From IMG/VR virus record IMGVR_UViG_3300020473_000010, positions 1 to 64,000 of that record: a stretch of DNA of 64,000 nt; one strand, 5' to 3'. Shown here in pieces: positions 8,536 through 19,131 of this stretch. The notes below the pieces were generated by a model that saw only the letters and a program-made list of their open reading frames with translations, ran no database searches and was not told the DNA's origin. Position numbers and translations under genes: made by a program. Within the stretch, counting starts at the first letter, position 1. Each line of letters opens with the position of its first letter.

Positions 8536-9908
8536 TTTTTTTCTCCGTATTTTTTCTCCCATTGAGATTTTGGAATTTTTGTTTCTTTAGGGATAATCTT
8601 AAAAAAATAATATTTTACATTGCCGCCATACTTTCTTTTCTTTTTTGTAAATTTGCTAGTGGCTAATTCTGCATGGACGTAGACAGCTAATTCGTCGTAA
8701 GTTTTTGTGGCTTCTTGTTCATAGCGGACAACACGAGCTTCAGGGCCTCCATATCTGGATTTTTTGGATTTTTCTCGCTTTCTAGCTTGAGCTGGAGTTA
8801 ATTGTTGAATTGATTGATTGGTTGTAAGATTTGACCGATTTGACTTTACAGGTTTTCCCCATTTATCTCCAACTGATGGTTTAGATTTAAATCTTACTTG
8901 CTTTCTTCCACCTTTTTGCCCTTGCATTACTTTTAGTTTTTCATCTGGAACTCTTGGGCGATATTCTTGTCGACCTTGTGCGATTTGTTTCCATTCTCCC
9001 CTGTTGACTATTTTTCTTGATGAAGTTTCAATCATCTCTATCACATTAGGAAGTTTTGAATCCGGATTTCTGAAATATGAATCACTTACCATCAAATGCT
9101 CAATATCATCTTCTATTTTAGCAGAGTTTTTGAGGTCAACATAATAATTCAAGGCTTCTGCGCCAGTAATTCTCCTTTCTATTTTTAGTCCTAGTTCTTG
9201 TACCAAGGTTGTTACAACGTCTTCCAATTCCTCCGGAGAAAGAATGTGCTTAGGAACCGCGACCATTTCCTCGGATGGTTTTGGGGGCTTTTTCGGCTTT
9301 GGTTTTTTGGGTTTTTTCTTTGGTGTTGGAGTTGAAGTGGTAGAACCGCCAGGCACAGCCATGGCTGGATCATCTGGACTACCGGGAATAGGATCAATTC
9401 CTAAAAAATGTTTATCGAAATAATCCGGATCAAATTTTTGCATATCCATATCATCGATAAACATTTCCCATAAAGTATCTCCCCCTCCAGAGTATGCAAA
9501 CCCAATTGGGTTAAAGATTGGATCTAAGGCTGCTAATTTATTTTCCAAAGAATCAATTAAAGGCCTCTGGGCTTTATAAAAAATCTTTTGAGCCTTATCT
9601 AACTCTGACCTAGTTTTACGATCTTCAATTGGGACTCTTCCAGTAAGAAGCTTAAGGAGATACGATCTAGAAGAAGAAACTCCTTGATAGTTTGGACCCA
9701 TATCTGAAATAACATCTTTTAATTTAGCTCCCTTGGGTTCAATTCTAAAAGTAAATCTCCACATACCGGATTCCATATTTAAAGAATCCGCCTTTGTTCT
9801 TTTGAGTCCCCAGCCTCCAACAACACCAACTTGTTGCATTAATGCCCAAATTTTTTGCTCTTCTGCTTCTCTTGATTCTATTAGGATTTTTTTTAATATT
9901 CCCTGCAT
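8532..9908 (-). CDS. Hypothetical leader-bearing protein with Pro/Lys-rich linker
   Basis: MQGILKKILIE N-terminus; PKKKPKKPKPKKPPKP linker. Confidence 0.6.
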   Translation of the reverse strand: MQGILKKILIESREAEEQKIWALMQQVGVVGGWGLKRTKADSLNMESGMWRFTFRIEPKGAKLKDVISDMGPNYQGVSSSRSYLLKLLTGRVPIEDRKTRSELDKAQKIFYKAQRPLIDSLENKLAALDPIFNPIGFAYSGGGDTLWEMFIDDMDMQKFDPDYFDKHFLGIDPIPGSPDDPAMAVPGGSTTSTPTPKKKPKKPKPKKPPKPSEEMVAVPKHILSPEELEDVVTTLVQELGLKIERRITGAEALNYYVDLKNSAKIEDDIEHLMVSDSYFRNPDSKLPNVIEMIETSSRKIVNRGEWKQIAQGRQEYRPRVPDEKLKVMQGQKGGRKQVRFKSKPSVGDKWGKPVKSNRSNLTTNQSIQQLTPAQARKREKSKKSRYGGPEARVVRYEQEATKTYDELAVYVHAELATSKFTKKKRKYGGNVKYYFFKIIPKETKIPKSQWEKKYGEKK

Positions 9909-9909
9909 T

Positions 9910-10227
9910 TTAACTTCCTAATAGTATTCTTCTAATTTTTGACCTTAGTATTTTTTCTGCATGTTCATCGATGTTGGTATTAAATTTTGCAGCATCTCTA
10001 AGTTTATCAATTACTGACATGTCTTTAAACCCAGCCTCTAAAACTAAATTATGCCCTAATGATTCTAGTAAATCAACAAGCTCGATCCGATTTAAATTGG
10101 GCGCTGCATCATATTGTTTATTTTCTAGAATGCAATCAAATATTTCATTAATCTCTAAATCATATGATTCTAGATCATAATCCGACATAGCAATTAAGCC
10201 TAGTTTGATATTATTCAATTTTTTCAT
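9910..10227 (-). CDS. Hypothetical protein with C-terminal leader-like helix
   Basis: Ends EKILRSKIRRILLGS. Confidence 0.55.
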   Translation of the reverse strand: MKKLNNIKLGLIAMSDYDLESYDLEINEIFDCILENKQYDAAPNLNRIELVDLLESLGHNLVLEAGFKDMSVIDKLRDAAKFNTNIDEHAEKILRSKIRRILLGS

Positions 10228-10294
10228 AGAGATATTCTCGAATATAAAGCAGTACTTATAAATATATTGTTCTGGGTGTTTTTGTCTTGTAAGT

Positions 10295-10691
10295 TTAAAT
10301 AATACTCTTTTCTATCAATATATTGGTAGAACATATTTCTTTAGTAGTAAAAATCATTGTAGATCCATCTTGCAAATAAATAGTAAGCATTGTCTCCGGA
10401 ATATGTTGACCCGGCCAGATATCAAGAATTATCCCTATTCCTTTTGTTGTCCATACTAAATCAACTATTTTCCATGGTATATCCGGATCTATCATTTTTT
10501 ACGTATGGCTTAGAAAAAATTGAAACCAATTTATCTGTAACAAGAATAATTTTTTTGCCATCAAATATCTCCAATTCCAATACACTCGAACGGCCTATAA
10601 TTATTCCTATTAATTCTTCTCCACCAATATAATTTTTATATTTAACGCAACTACCAATTGGATATTTTCTATATGATTTCATATTAGGCAT
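10295..10691 (-). CDS. Two SH3/KOW-like miniproteins (10295-10495, 10461-10691)
   Basis: KIVDLVW..GIGIIL and PIGSCV..IGIII patterns. Confidence 0.5.
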
Positions 10692-10697
10692 ATATTT

Positions 10698-11189
10698 TTA
10701 ACTATCAAATCCAACAACCATTCTCGCACACTCGTATAAATCTTTGGAAAACATCCATTTTTTTATTTCTAACATCCATGGTAAATCAAGGTCTTTATTG
10801 TTCCAACCGAATATTAAAGATTCTACAAATTCTGATTCATGTGGTATTTTAACTGGGATTACAGAATCGCGATCAAACGGTTCTATCTCTTTCCATCGAG
10901 TAATTTCATCTAGATGGAATTCTAAAGCTTGGTGAACTTCTTTAAGGGTTAACCAGGTTGTTGAATGAAGATCGTTTTGAGGATGGCCAGCATAATCTTT
11001 CCATGCCAGAGATGCATTTTGTGGTATACCACGATTCCATGGTGGAATTTTCCATAAGTCGGTTCCACCCCGAACTCCTCCAATAATACTGAACCACTCG
11101 TAATTTCTTTTTGATTGGACGTGTCTTATAGCAATCCATTCTCCATCTTTTGTTTTAATTTCCCAATATCCGTGAATGTCAGTTCCCAT
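10698..11189 (-). CDS. Conserved phage hypothetical protein
   Basis: MGTDIH...RNYEWFSIIGGVR...RGIP...HSTTWLTL pattern common in phage proteins. Confidence 0.65.
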   Translation of the reverse strand: MGTDIHGYWEIKTKDGEWIAIRHVQSKRNYEWFSIIGGVRGGTDLWKIPPWNRGIPQNASLAWKDYAGHPQNDLHSTTWLTLKEVHQALEFHLDEITRWKEIEPFDRDSVIPVKIPHESEFVESLIFGWNNKDLDLPWMLEIKKWMFSKDLYECARMVVGFDS

Positions 11190-11199
11190 CTTTTCATCC

Positions 11200-11421
11200 T
11201 TATTTCTTTGTTTCGTTAACTTTTGATAAATGGTTCTTGTTAACAACCATAATTCTTTCCCCAAAAATTACGGAGAAATTAGATCCATGATCCTCTATAA
11301 TAATTCCCGGAAGGCCACCAGAATATCTTTTCATTCTTTCAAAATATTTTACTGCTGTTAAAGATCCACCTTTAGGAAAACCACCATTAGGTTTAAAATA
11401 TACTAAATCCCCAATCTTCAT
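11200..11421 (-). CDS. SH3/KOW-like miniprotein
   Basis: MKIGDLVYF...GIII..FSVIFG. Confidence 0.65.
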   Translation of the reverse strand: MKIGDLVYFKPNGGFPKGGSLTAVKYFERMKRYSGGLPGIIIEDHGSNFSVIFGERIMVVNKNHLSKVNETKK

Positions 11422-11945
11422 TTTATTAATTCAACTAGAATTCCAAAAATAATCCAAATTGGGAAGTGGGCATAGCTTATAATTCCTTTCCAGTGATATT
11501 TCTCTGGAAGATAGGAATAATCCCATATCCAAATATTTTTTCTAGTAGTAAAAGAACCTATTAAAATTTCAACTCCCCATATCCAAAATGGATATGACAA
11601 CCATCTTAAAATATCCCATGGGATTAAAAACCTGATTAAATCAAACCCATGGGTTAACCCTAAAGCGTATATGGGGAACATTAAGATGCTAGTGTGACCA
11701 ATAAGCGCTAAATCTTTTTGGGCTATTAATCTTCGTGTTGCAGTAAAAAACAATTCCACCACAAGCCCAAAGCAGCCCCAAAATAAATAATAATTTATTA
11801 TCACTATTATCCTTTTATAGAAGCTATTCAGGATACCAAATAGCTTCCATTTCTGATGATTGACACTCAATATTGCCTTTAAGCGTTTCAACATCTGGAA
11901 TAACTGAGGAAATGAACGCGGCAGCGATTCCAAATGTAAAAACAA
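11418..11945 (-). CDS. Membrane protein, putative ABC-permease-like family (true start probably internal)
   Basis: GLVVELFFT..GHTSILMFPIYA..WDYS..GII..FPIW; hydrophobic. Confidence 0.55.
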   Translation of the reverse strand: MFLHLESLPRSFPQLFQMLKRLKAILSVNHQKWKLFGILNSFYKRIIVIINYYLFWGCFGLVVELFFTATRRLIAQKDLALIGHTSILMFPIYALGLTHGFDLIRFLIPWDILRWLSYPFWIWGVEILIGSFTTRKNIWIWDYSYLPEKYHWKGIISYAHFPIWIIFGILVELIK

Positions 11946-11963
11946 AAACCATGGTTTTATAAC

Positions 11964-12308
11964 TCATTTTTCTTCTCCTTTGTTGTAAAATATTTCTTTT
12001 TTGTTCCATTCTTTTGTATTGCGAGACATTGCTTCTGCCATCGCAATTAGCCCAGAAATATACTGATTATGAATATTTACGTAAAATCTTAATCCACCAA
12101 ATTTTGATTTTATTTGACAAGCTTCTACTTGTAAATTATTATGGTCGGAATAGTTTTGTATACAATGGCACAAGGTATCGATTATGTCATACCATCCATC
12201 ACCACACGTAATACCCCAGCACATACAGGTTTCTTGGGGAGTGAGGTCTTTTTGCCTAAAAATTTTCGGATACTTATCAAATAGTCTATCTTGCAATTCT
12301 TTTTTCAT
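11964..12308 (-). CDS. Conserved phage hypothetical protein
   Basis: CGDGWYDII...QIKSKFGGLRFY. Confidence 0.7.
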   Translation of the reverse strand: MKKELQDRLFDKYPKIFRQKDLTPQETCMCWGITCGDGWYDIIDTLCHCIQNYSDHNNLQVEACQIKSKFGGLRFYVNIHNQYISGLIAMAEAMSRNTKEWNKKEIFYNKGEEK

Positions 12309-12553
12309 ATATCGCCCCATGTTCTCCAAATATCGTCCGGATCTTCTGAAATTAAGCCATCAATATCATCTTCCCAATAGCAAACCGGGAGGGAAACTCC
12401 ATTGACTTCAAGCGAATAAGCTGGGCCGTATGTAGGTGTTTCTTGGATTTTGATTATTTTTGCAGCTTTGGGAGAGCAAGAAACCCATTTTCCATGGTCA
12501 GTTTTTGAGAATTCTTTTGAAACTGTAACATAGTCACCAATTTTATATTTCAT
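12305..12553 (-). CDS. SH3/KOW-like miniprotein
   Basis: MKYKIGDYV. Confidence 0.6.
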   Translation of the reverse strand: MKYKIGDYVTVSKEFSKTDHGKWVSCSPKAAKIIKIQETPTYGPAYSLEVNGVSLPVCYWEDDIDGLISEDPDDIWRTWGDI

Positions 12554-12567
12554 TATTTTCTTCCCCC

Positions 12568-13590
12568 CTAAACAAAAACTGTATTAAATTGCTGAGTACA
12601 CCTAATAAAAGTTGTGCATTTGCTTAATTGTTTTAATGTTGGCGCTCCAACATATGTACATGTTGATCTTAATCCACCTAGAATATTAGATACGGTATCT
12701 CCAATTTTTCCTTTAAAGGGAATAGAGACTGTTCTACCCTCAGAAGATCTATAGCTAGCTACTCCGCCAGAGTGTTTATTCATAGCAGTATCAGAACTCA
12801 TTCCGTAAAATTCTATTTTTATATCTCCATTTTCATCTAAAACTCTTCTGCCGCCACCTTCTTCGTGGCCGGCAAACATTCCTCCCAGCATAACGAAATC
12901 AGCACCAGCTGCGAAAGCTTTAGCAACATCACCCGGACTTGTGCATCCACCGTCAGCAATGACATGACCACCTAAACCATGGGCCGCATCTGCACACTCC
13001 ATGACAGCAGAGAGCTGGGGGTATCCAACACCGGTCTGAATTCTAGTTGTGCAGACAGAGCCTGGCCCTATACCGACTTTTACAACATCGGCGCCGGCCA
13101 AAATGAGTTCTTGTGTCATATCAGCGGTTACAACGTTTCCGGCAATGATGTTAATTTTTGGCCAATCGTTTCTTACAACCCGAACAAAATCAACGAAATG
13201 CTCAGAATACCCATTAGCAATATCAATACAAATCCACTTCAGGTTATGTTTAACTATAATTTTCTTTGCTTTCTCATATTCCTTATGATTTGTTCCAACA
13301 CTCACTGCTACATAATCTGTCTTGTGATCATATGCATCCCAGTCTTTTAGTGAATTCTGTTTTGTAATACAAGTAAATAGTTTTCGAAAACTAAGCTCAA
13401 ATGCCATTTCGAATGTGCCAACCCCATCCATATTAGCTGCCATGACTGGGATTCCACACCACTGTTGGTGGCTATTCCGGAATTTATATGTTCTTTCTAA
13501 ACTTACTTGCTTCCTAGAGCGCAAAGTAGATCTTTTAGGCCTAATCAAGACATCTTTATAATCTAATTTAATATCAGGTTCAATTCTCAT
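12568..13590 (-). CDS. guaC: GMP reductase (type 1)
   Basis: [61 protein letters not shown]. Confidence 0.95.
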   Translation of the reverse strand: MRIEPDIKLDYKDVLIRPKRSTLRSRKQVSLERTYKFRNSHQQWCGIPVMAANMDGVGTFEMAFELSFRKLFTCITKQNSLKDWDAYDHKTDYVAVSVGTNHKEYEKAKKIIVKHNLKWICIDIANGYSEHFVDFVRVVRNDWPKINIIAGNVVTADMTQELILAGADVVKVGIGPGSVCTTRIQTGVGYPQLSAVMECADAAHGLGGHVIADGGCTSPGDVAKAFAAGADFVMLGGMFAGHEEGGGRRVLDENGDIKIEFYGMSSDTAMNKHSGGVASYRSSEGRTVSIPFKGKIGDTVSNILGGLRSTCTYVGAPTLKQLSKCTTFIRCTQQFNTVFV

Positions 13591-13856
13591 TTTTTGTACT
13601 CGGGAAACAGAGGAAGCTGTTCAAAAAATTCATCATTAAAACTTTTTGGTGATTCATCCTTTTCGGGCAAGTTCATGCCGGTTACATTAGCCAATCTCAT
13701 GAGCCAAATCTGTAAAGACAAATAGGATTTTTTTAGTTCTTTTTCGCACTCTTCTTTCGAAATATCATTGATTTCATAAGCATCAATTTCCATATTTGCG
13801 CAGCGGGTTTGAAATTCTATTTTGCGCAAGATTTGTCTAACAAGAAAAAAATTCAT
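13587..13856 (-). CDS. Hypothetical protein
   Basis: RBS GGAG; ATGA overlap with guaC; promoter upstream. Confidence 0.6.
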   Translation of the reverse strand: MNFFLVRQILRKIEFQTRCANMEIDAYEINDISKEECEKELKKSYLSLQIWLMRLANVTGMNLPEKDESPKSFNDEFFEQLPLFPEYKK

Positions 13857-13888
13857 TGTTTCTCCGTGGTTGTATTGTTTATATTTGT

Positions 13889-13917
13889 ATTATACTTAAA
13901 ATTTTATAGATTTACAA
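13889..13917 (-). promoter_or_regulatory. sigma70-like promoter
   Basis: TTGTAA-17-TATAAT. Confidence 0.6.
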
Positions 13918-14391
13918 TTAAATAAATCTTTCTCTTCCAGAAAAACGAGTAATTTTTCCAAGATAGCCGACTCTCCTCATTTCTTTTTTCCATTCTTTGC
14001 CATGACCGATTACTCTTCCGCCTCTACCGTTAGCTTGTCCATGACCGAACTTTTCGTGCACGGCATGATGACACATTTCATGCAGAAGTACACCTAGCAT
14101 CTCTTTGGGGCTCATTCCCTTGTTGTTCGATAGCTTTATATACCCTGCATGACCGAACCAGCCCAGACGTTGTTTTTTAGTCGACTCTGTAGTAACTGGA
14201 ATTTTCGGAAGAATACCAGACCAATATCTTTTATTAAGATGATCAAATGCATCATCCCAATCTGAAAAATTAAGCTCTGAAAGGAATTCAGAATCTTTAG
14301 CGGCATTAATTTGTGCTCTTGCTTTATCGGCAATTGCACGGCGGGCTTTACGAGAAGAACCAGAATAGCTCATGTGGAGGACCTCAGTCAC
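13918..14391 (-). CDS. SprT-like zinc metalloprotease
   Basis: LLHEMCHH...GHGKEWK. Confidence 0.8.
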   Translation of the reverse strand: MTEVLHMSYSGSSRKARRAIADKARAQINAAKDSEFLSELNFSDWDDAFDHLNKRYWSGILPKIPVTTESTKKQRLGWFGHAGYIKLSNNKGMSPKEMLGVLLHEMCHHAVHEKFGHGQANGRGGRVIGHGKEWKKEMRRVGYLGKITRFSGRERFI

Positions 14392-14409
14392 GTGTTTGAT
14401 TACATATGT

Positions 14410-14438
14410 AATTTAACCCATTCAACTTGGTTCTACAC
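14410..14438 (-). promoter_or_regulatory. Phage promoter, GTGTAR-17-TAAATT class
   Basis: GTGTAG-17-TAAATT. Confidence 0.6.
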
Positions 14439-14448
14439 TGGATTTTAG

Positions 14449-15201
14449 CTATTCTATAGAAATAATTTTTATTGGAGTGGCAATATATTCATTCCAAAGA
14501 CTTGTCCTAATTTCATCATCGCAGTCATCTAGATTATAGCAAATATTATTTAGGTCTTTCCCGGGATATTCGAGCCTGTATAAGTTAACAGCACGATTTC
14601 CGGAATCAATAACTAGACTCTTGACGTCGCTTCGGAAGCCTGCTTTGACATTTCCCAATAGTGTTATAACCCTACTTGAAGAAGTGTCAAAGAATCGCGA
14701 TTTAGAAACTGTAAAACAAGAAATATCAAATGGTCTTCCAGAACCTATTGATTTTTTTATTGCCTCTACACCTTCATTCGTTGTATAGTGCATAAGTCTT
14801 TTAGGGTTCCAGGAACCGCCGTATAATTGTTTTGTTAAATTTTGATCTAATAATATATAAGGCTCAATATCTCCGCGGGAATAGAAAAAAGATATTTTTA
14901 AATTTGAAGTATTAGGAAAATATCTTTTTAGTTCTTCTTCTAAAGACCAAAACCTATGATTAACAAAATCTTCTATAAAGTCTAAAACATTTTTTTTCGT
15001 AAGCAACTCATATCTATTCGAATCTACTTGTAACAAATATCCAAAAAAACGATCTACTAATTTGTTTAATTCTAAAGGTAATTTGCCGCCGCGGGTATTG
15101 TATCCTAAGTTTTGATAATCTAAAAACAAATTAACAACCCATTCCCAGTCTTGAAGGGTGAGAAAAGATGATTCAGGCTTTATGTATCCTCTAACTTTCA
15201 A
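14449..15201 (-). CDS. Hypothetical protein, possible ART-like C-terminal domain
   Basis: LMHYTT...DISCFT...NEYIA motif spacing. Confidence 0.5.
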   Translation of the reverse strand: MKVRGYIKPESSFLTLQDWEWVVNLFLDYQNLGYNTRGGKLPLELNKLVDRFFGYLLQVDSNRYELLTKKNVLDFIEDFVNHRFWSLEEELKRYFPNTSNLKISFFYSRGDIEPYILLDQNLTKQLYGGSWNPKRLMHYTTNEGVEAIKKSIGSGRPFDISCFTVSKSRFFDTSSSRVITLLGNVKAGFRSDVKSLVIDSGNRAVNLYRLEYPGKDLNNICYNLDDCDDEIRTSLWNEYIATPIKIISIE

Positions 15202-17047
15202 GAATAATTCTCCGAATAATAGTTCGAAGAGTTTGTTCTTCTAGCCCAGTTAATTCATTAGATATCTGGATTTGTTTTTCTAAAGTTTCTTTGTCTGCAA
15301 TTCCAGATCCCCAATCAGGCAAATCAGAAGATAAACAACTAGATAAATCCATAGCTTTTCCAGCAGAGGATGGAGAATCTTTGTGTTTTAATACGCGAAT
15401 ATGGTTTTTTCTGCCTTCAGATTCCCAATCGTCCGATTTAAATTTCCCGGGAACAACCCTAAGCTCAACCCCTGCTTCTTGCGCGATTTGGCAAACCTGC
15501 TTTACTGGAACAGCTCCATCGCCGGATGATGCAACTGCTGTTCCGGAAACAGAAGGAGCAGAAATACCTTTTGTTCCCCATTTATCTCTTTTTGCTGCCG
15601 GCGCAATATAGGTTATTTTAGGTAATTGTACATCTCGTTCTGCAGCTAATTTATGAAGTACTGCTGAGCCACGTGAATAAGCTACAATAGTGTCTGGTTC
15701 CCAATCCTTTAACCATTGTTCCGCATCGTTTAAATCGTCTTCTGTAACTGCCACTTCATCATCAAATTCCGGGCCTGGTAAACCAACCTTTTCCGGAGGC
15801 CATAAATTTCCATGGAAAGTATGGGTACCACCCTTTGAAGGCTGTGCTTTTTCGAAAAGAATATTTTTAAGTTTTCTCATTTTGGACCCTTTGCTTTCTG
15901 ATAAGTATCTTGAATACGAGCCTTTCCATCCATCTATTTCTTCAGCTAAGCCATCGAGTTCTTCTTGTAGTTGCTCAACACGTTCTTCATTAGATTCTGA
16001 TTCTTCTTGCGCTAATTTATCTTGCGCTACAGATTCTTCCGCATCAATTAAAAGTAATTTTGTATCAACAATCTCATCTTCTAATTTGGAATATTCTTCA
16101 GCAGCTTCAATAACATATTGAAGAGTATCAAATAATCCAGACATACTATACGAGAAATCACTAAGATCATCTAAGACACCGGCGTGGGTCATCCCATCTT
16201 GGTATCCCAAAAAATTTTCATCAAAGGATTTCTGAAGTTTATCATCCCATTCTATGTTTTCCAATACAGCCCAAACCTGAGTATTAAATTCTTCATCAAT
16301 AGTAAATAATGCCTGCCATATATCGTGATTAAATCCAGCCAATTCTTCTATTCTTGCTCCTGCAGCATCTCCTTTGTGAAAATTCAACCATCCATCATCG
16401 CGGAACATATTGTCGATTTTGTTTGCCATGGCTCCGCAGTCTGGAACAAATGACAAAGCCCTGCAAAGTGCTCCATAAAACGATAAATAATCTGCTACTA
16501 AAGTCTGTAATTCAATACTTGAGTTTTGGGTTTTTTGGATATAATTTTCATCATAAAGTGATGGGGACACGTCTTTAAGGGTTAATCCTGCAGTTTCTAA
16601 TTCTTGCCACCTTGAAGAAGCTTCTCGTTTTTCAATCATGATTAATTGAAACATAGCTTCAAAAAGTTTTGCTTCATTATCAAAAAATCCAAAACCATTT
16701 AGTTTTGATGCTACTGATCCCCAAGCTTTTTTATAATTTTTCATGCATTCTTGAGAATAAATCATCATTGAAATAACGTCGTCGCCCATAATATTTTCTG
16801 GGATTAAATCCGTAGGAGGTAAATCGAAAGGTTGCTCAAGGGATTTTCCATATTTTTCATTTACGACCTGAAGAAACCCGCGGATTCCGTCTGCTTTTGC
16901 AGCTGCAGCTGAAGCAACCGCTTCATCATTTGAGCGTGCAAATGCTTTAGCGTTTCCTAAAGTTGCGCCAATTAATTTAGCCAATCCTCCGAAAAGAGAA
17001 CTTAATAGACCTTCCTGTACCATCAATTTAATATGGCGTTCTTCCAT
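15191..17047 (-). CDS. Large protein: helical N-terminal region plus C-terminal alpha/beta hydrolase-like domain
   Basis: IVAYSRGS nucleophile elbow, GDGAVP, C-terminal His; internal KMRKLKNILFE and terminal LRTIIRRIILES leader-like helices. Confidence 0.6.
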   Translation of the reverse strand: MEERHIKLMVQEGLLSSLFGGLAKLIGATLGNAKAFARSNDEAVASAAAAKADGIRGFLQVVNEKYGKSLEQPFDLPPTDLIPENIMGDDVISMMIYSQECMKNYKKAWGSVASKLNGFGFFDNEAKLFEAMFQLIMIEKREASSRWQELETAGLTLKDVSPSLYDENYIQKTQNSSIELQTLVADYLSFYGALCRALSFVPDCGAMANKIDNMFRDDGWLNFHKGDAAGARIEELAGFNHDIWQALFTIDEEFNTQVWAVLENIEWDDKLQKSFDENFLGYQDGMTHAGVLDDLSDFSYSMSGLFDTLQYVIEAAEEYSKLEDEIVDTKLLLIDAEESVAQDKLAQEESESNEERVEQLQEELDGLAEEIDGWKGSYSRYLSESKGSKMRKLKNILFEKAQPSKGGTHTFHGNLWPPEKVGLPGPEFDDEVAVTEDDLNDAEQWLKDWEPDTIVAYSRGSAVLHKLAAERDVQLPKITYIAPAAKRDKWGTKGISAPSVSGTAVASSGDGAVPVKQVCQIAQEAGVELRVVPGKFKSDDWESEGRKNHIRVLKHKDSPSSAGKAMDLSSCLSSDLPDWGSGIADKETLEKQIQISNELTGLEEQTLRTIIRRIILES

Positions 17048-17056
17048 TATGGTACC

Positions 17057-18088
17057 CTATGACATTATATTGATTAAATGATTTCTTATTAATTCTCTTA
17101 AGAATGATTCATTTTTTAATTCATTCGGTAAAATATCACCAAAAGTTGAAACAGATCCGGTTTGACAAATTTTATTAGGAGAGGATGGTAACCCATTGTC
17201 GAAGTGCGCATTATAAACAGCTATAGTTGAATTTGGTTTTTCTCTTTCTAATTCTGGATCATTGCACAGTTTGTTAAATACCGCTTCTGTGTTAGAGCGA
17301 TCATCATCATAAAAAAATAAATCTTCAGCATCAGAATCTATAAATTCTGATTTTGCCAAATCAGCTTTTATCCCAGAAACTGCATTTCCTGTATCCGCAG
17401 CTCCATAAGCAAAATCCAAATTTACCCCTTGAGAATTCATAAATTTTTCAATGTCTTGTTTGTTGGTAGCTGAGACTGCATCCTTTTTTTGGAAATTATC
17501 TAATTTTGTTTCCCCCTTTCGGGCTGTTATAACACCGACGTCGTCTCCTTCTCGTTGCTGGGACCTTGCTAAATTAATTGTATCTCCTATAGGCTTCACA
17601 TTTCCTAATGTAAACGAAGGGGAAAAATCTGCGACATGTACCTCTGTTCCTTCTTCGTATTCATCACCAAGAGCCCTTTTTAGCGTGGATGTGTCATTTG
17701 CTTGCGTGACAGCTCTCATTCTAGATTTTCCGCTAGCGCCTATATACCTGTTTTTCCAATCAGCGTATGCTGCGGTATCCAAAACAACCGGTTGTGCACC
17801 ACGGATTCCGTCTGGACCCACTGTAAGATACTGATCTTTTGCTAGATAATCATTAAAGTCGCCTAACCCACCTTCTACTTCATGAGGCAATTTAGCGTTA
17901 ACTCCTTCTGCATCTAGACGATCAACAAGGTTTGTAATTGGGCGCATTTTTACTTCGCCATCGTCTCCTCTTCTCTTCTCTGAAGCTGCAACAACAGTTT
18001 GCGCATCCGTTACTCCTAGAGTATCATCAAAATCGAAGATATGCATATCTTTTTCTAGCAATATTTTTAAACTATATTTTTTACTCAT
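17057..18088 (-). CDS. HAD-superfamily hydrolase with leader
   Basis: MSKKYSLKILLE; IFDFDDTL (motif I), ITARK (II), K (III), FYDDD (IV). Confidence 0.75.
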   Translation of the reverse strand: MSKKYSLKILLEKDMHIFDFDDTLGVTDAQTVVAASEKRRGDDGEVKMRPITNLVDRLDAEGVNAKLPHEVEGGLGDFNDYLAKDQYLTVGPDGIRGAQPVVLDTAAYADWKNRYIGASGKSRMRAVTQANDTSTLKRALGDEYEEGTEVHVADFSPSFTLGNVKPIGDTINLARSQQREGDDVGVITARKGETKLDNFQKKDAVSATNKQDIEKFMNSQGVNLDFAYGAADTGNAVSGIKADLAKSEFIDSDAEDLFFYDDDRSNTEAVFNKLCNDPELEREKPNSTIAVYNAHFDNGLPSSPNKICQTGSVSTFGDILPNELKNESFLRELIRNHLINIMS

Positions 18089-18095
18089 TTATATC

Positions 18096-18497
18096 CTACC
18101 AAATATCTTCATAATCTAGATCTGATCCCGGAGTTAATTTACTAAATGACCTAACTCCGGTGGTTTTTTGAGAAGCCTTGTTTTCTTCGGCTGCTCTTTT
18201 GAGGTTTGGTTGCCGAATTTTTTCTTCATATTCTTTTTCAATATCTTTCATGTGGTTTTTGAGTTCACCATCTAGCGTTATAAAAGCTTCTCGTCTTTTT
18301 TCAATTGGCTGAAAATCCGCATCGATACCCGAAACTAATGTTTCTACTTGGTCAATAACAACCTTCGAAAAATCCTTTGCCGCACGGATGATTTTTCCTC
18401 TTTCAGCGCCTCGTTTTTTTAGGTTTTTATAGTACTCACTTTCTTCTAAAAGAATCGATCTAATTACTTTTCTTAGGTGGCTTTCTTTTAATCTCAT
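18096..18497 (-). CDS. Leader-bearing hypothetical protein
   Basis: MRLKESHLRKVIRSILLEE. Confidence 0.6.
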   Translation of the reverse strand: MRLKESHLRKVIRSILLEESEYYKNLKKRGAERGKIIRAAKDFSKVVIDQVETLVSGIDADFQPIEKRREAFITLDGELKNHMKDIEKEYEEKIRQPNLKRAAEENKASQKTTGVRSFSKLTPGSDLDYEDIW

Positions 18498-18565
18498 CTA
18501 GATATCTCCAGGCACAAATTTTAGCTATAATCAACTATTACAGATTAAGTTTACATATAATTATG

Positions 18566-18853
18566 CTATTTATTATCTTTCATCCGCAATATACGATCTT
18601 CAGCATATTTTTCTCTCATTGCCGCAAGACCACCATCAATTTTCTCAATAGCTTTTTCAAGCATCATTTCTTGCTTGAGTAATTTTTCAGCAATTTGTTC
18701 TTGATGATATTTTAGTGCTTCCGCAGCTCTTTGTTCATCTTCCTTGTTTTCCTTTCTTTGTTGCCAATTCATCCATAATAGACTTGCTGTCCACAAACCT
18801 AAAGGCCCATATTGAGCCAATCCTTCTATAATAGATTCCATTCTTATCTCCAA
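18566..18853 (-). CDS. Small membrane-anchored coiled-coil protein (holin-like possible)
   Basis: One TM segment (YGPLGLWTASLLW) plus charged coil. Confidence 0.45.
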   Translation of the reverse strand: MEIRMESIIEGLAQYGPLGLWTASLLWMNWQQRKENKEDEQRAAEALKYHQEQIAEKLLKQEMMLEKAIEKIDGGLAAMREKYAEDRILRMKDNK

Positions 18854-18899
18854 TTTTAGATTAAGACGGAACTCAAACTAAACCTCTTATATAGATATG

Positions 18900-18920
18900 A
18901 AAAAAGGGACTTTAGTCCCC
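18900..18920 (-). terminator. Rho-independent terminator
   Basis: GGGACT/AGTCCC hairpin plus T6 on the minus strand. Confidence 0.6.
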
Positions 18921-19131
18921 AATTCTTCCTATTCTCACCCAATATCCATTCCAGTCACCCCAACATTCGGTACCTTGGGTTACTTCTATCCACCAATCCC
19001 ATCTTGGAGGACCGGAAATATGGGTTAATTTATAAGATATACTGATAACCAAACATGGAGATTGTAAATCATCTTGACCACAGTTTCTTAGCCTGTGCTG
19101 TACCAAGTCTCCAGGTTGAATATCAGGTTTT

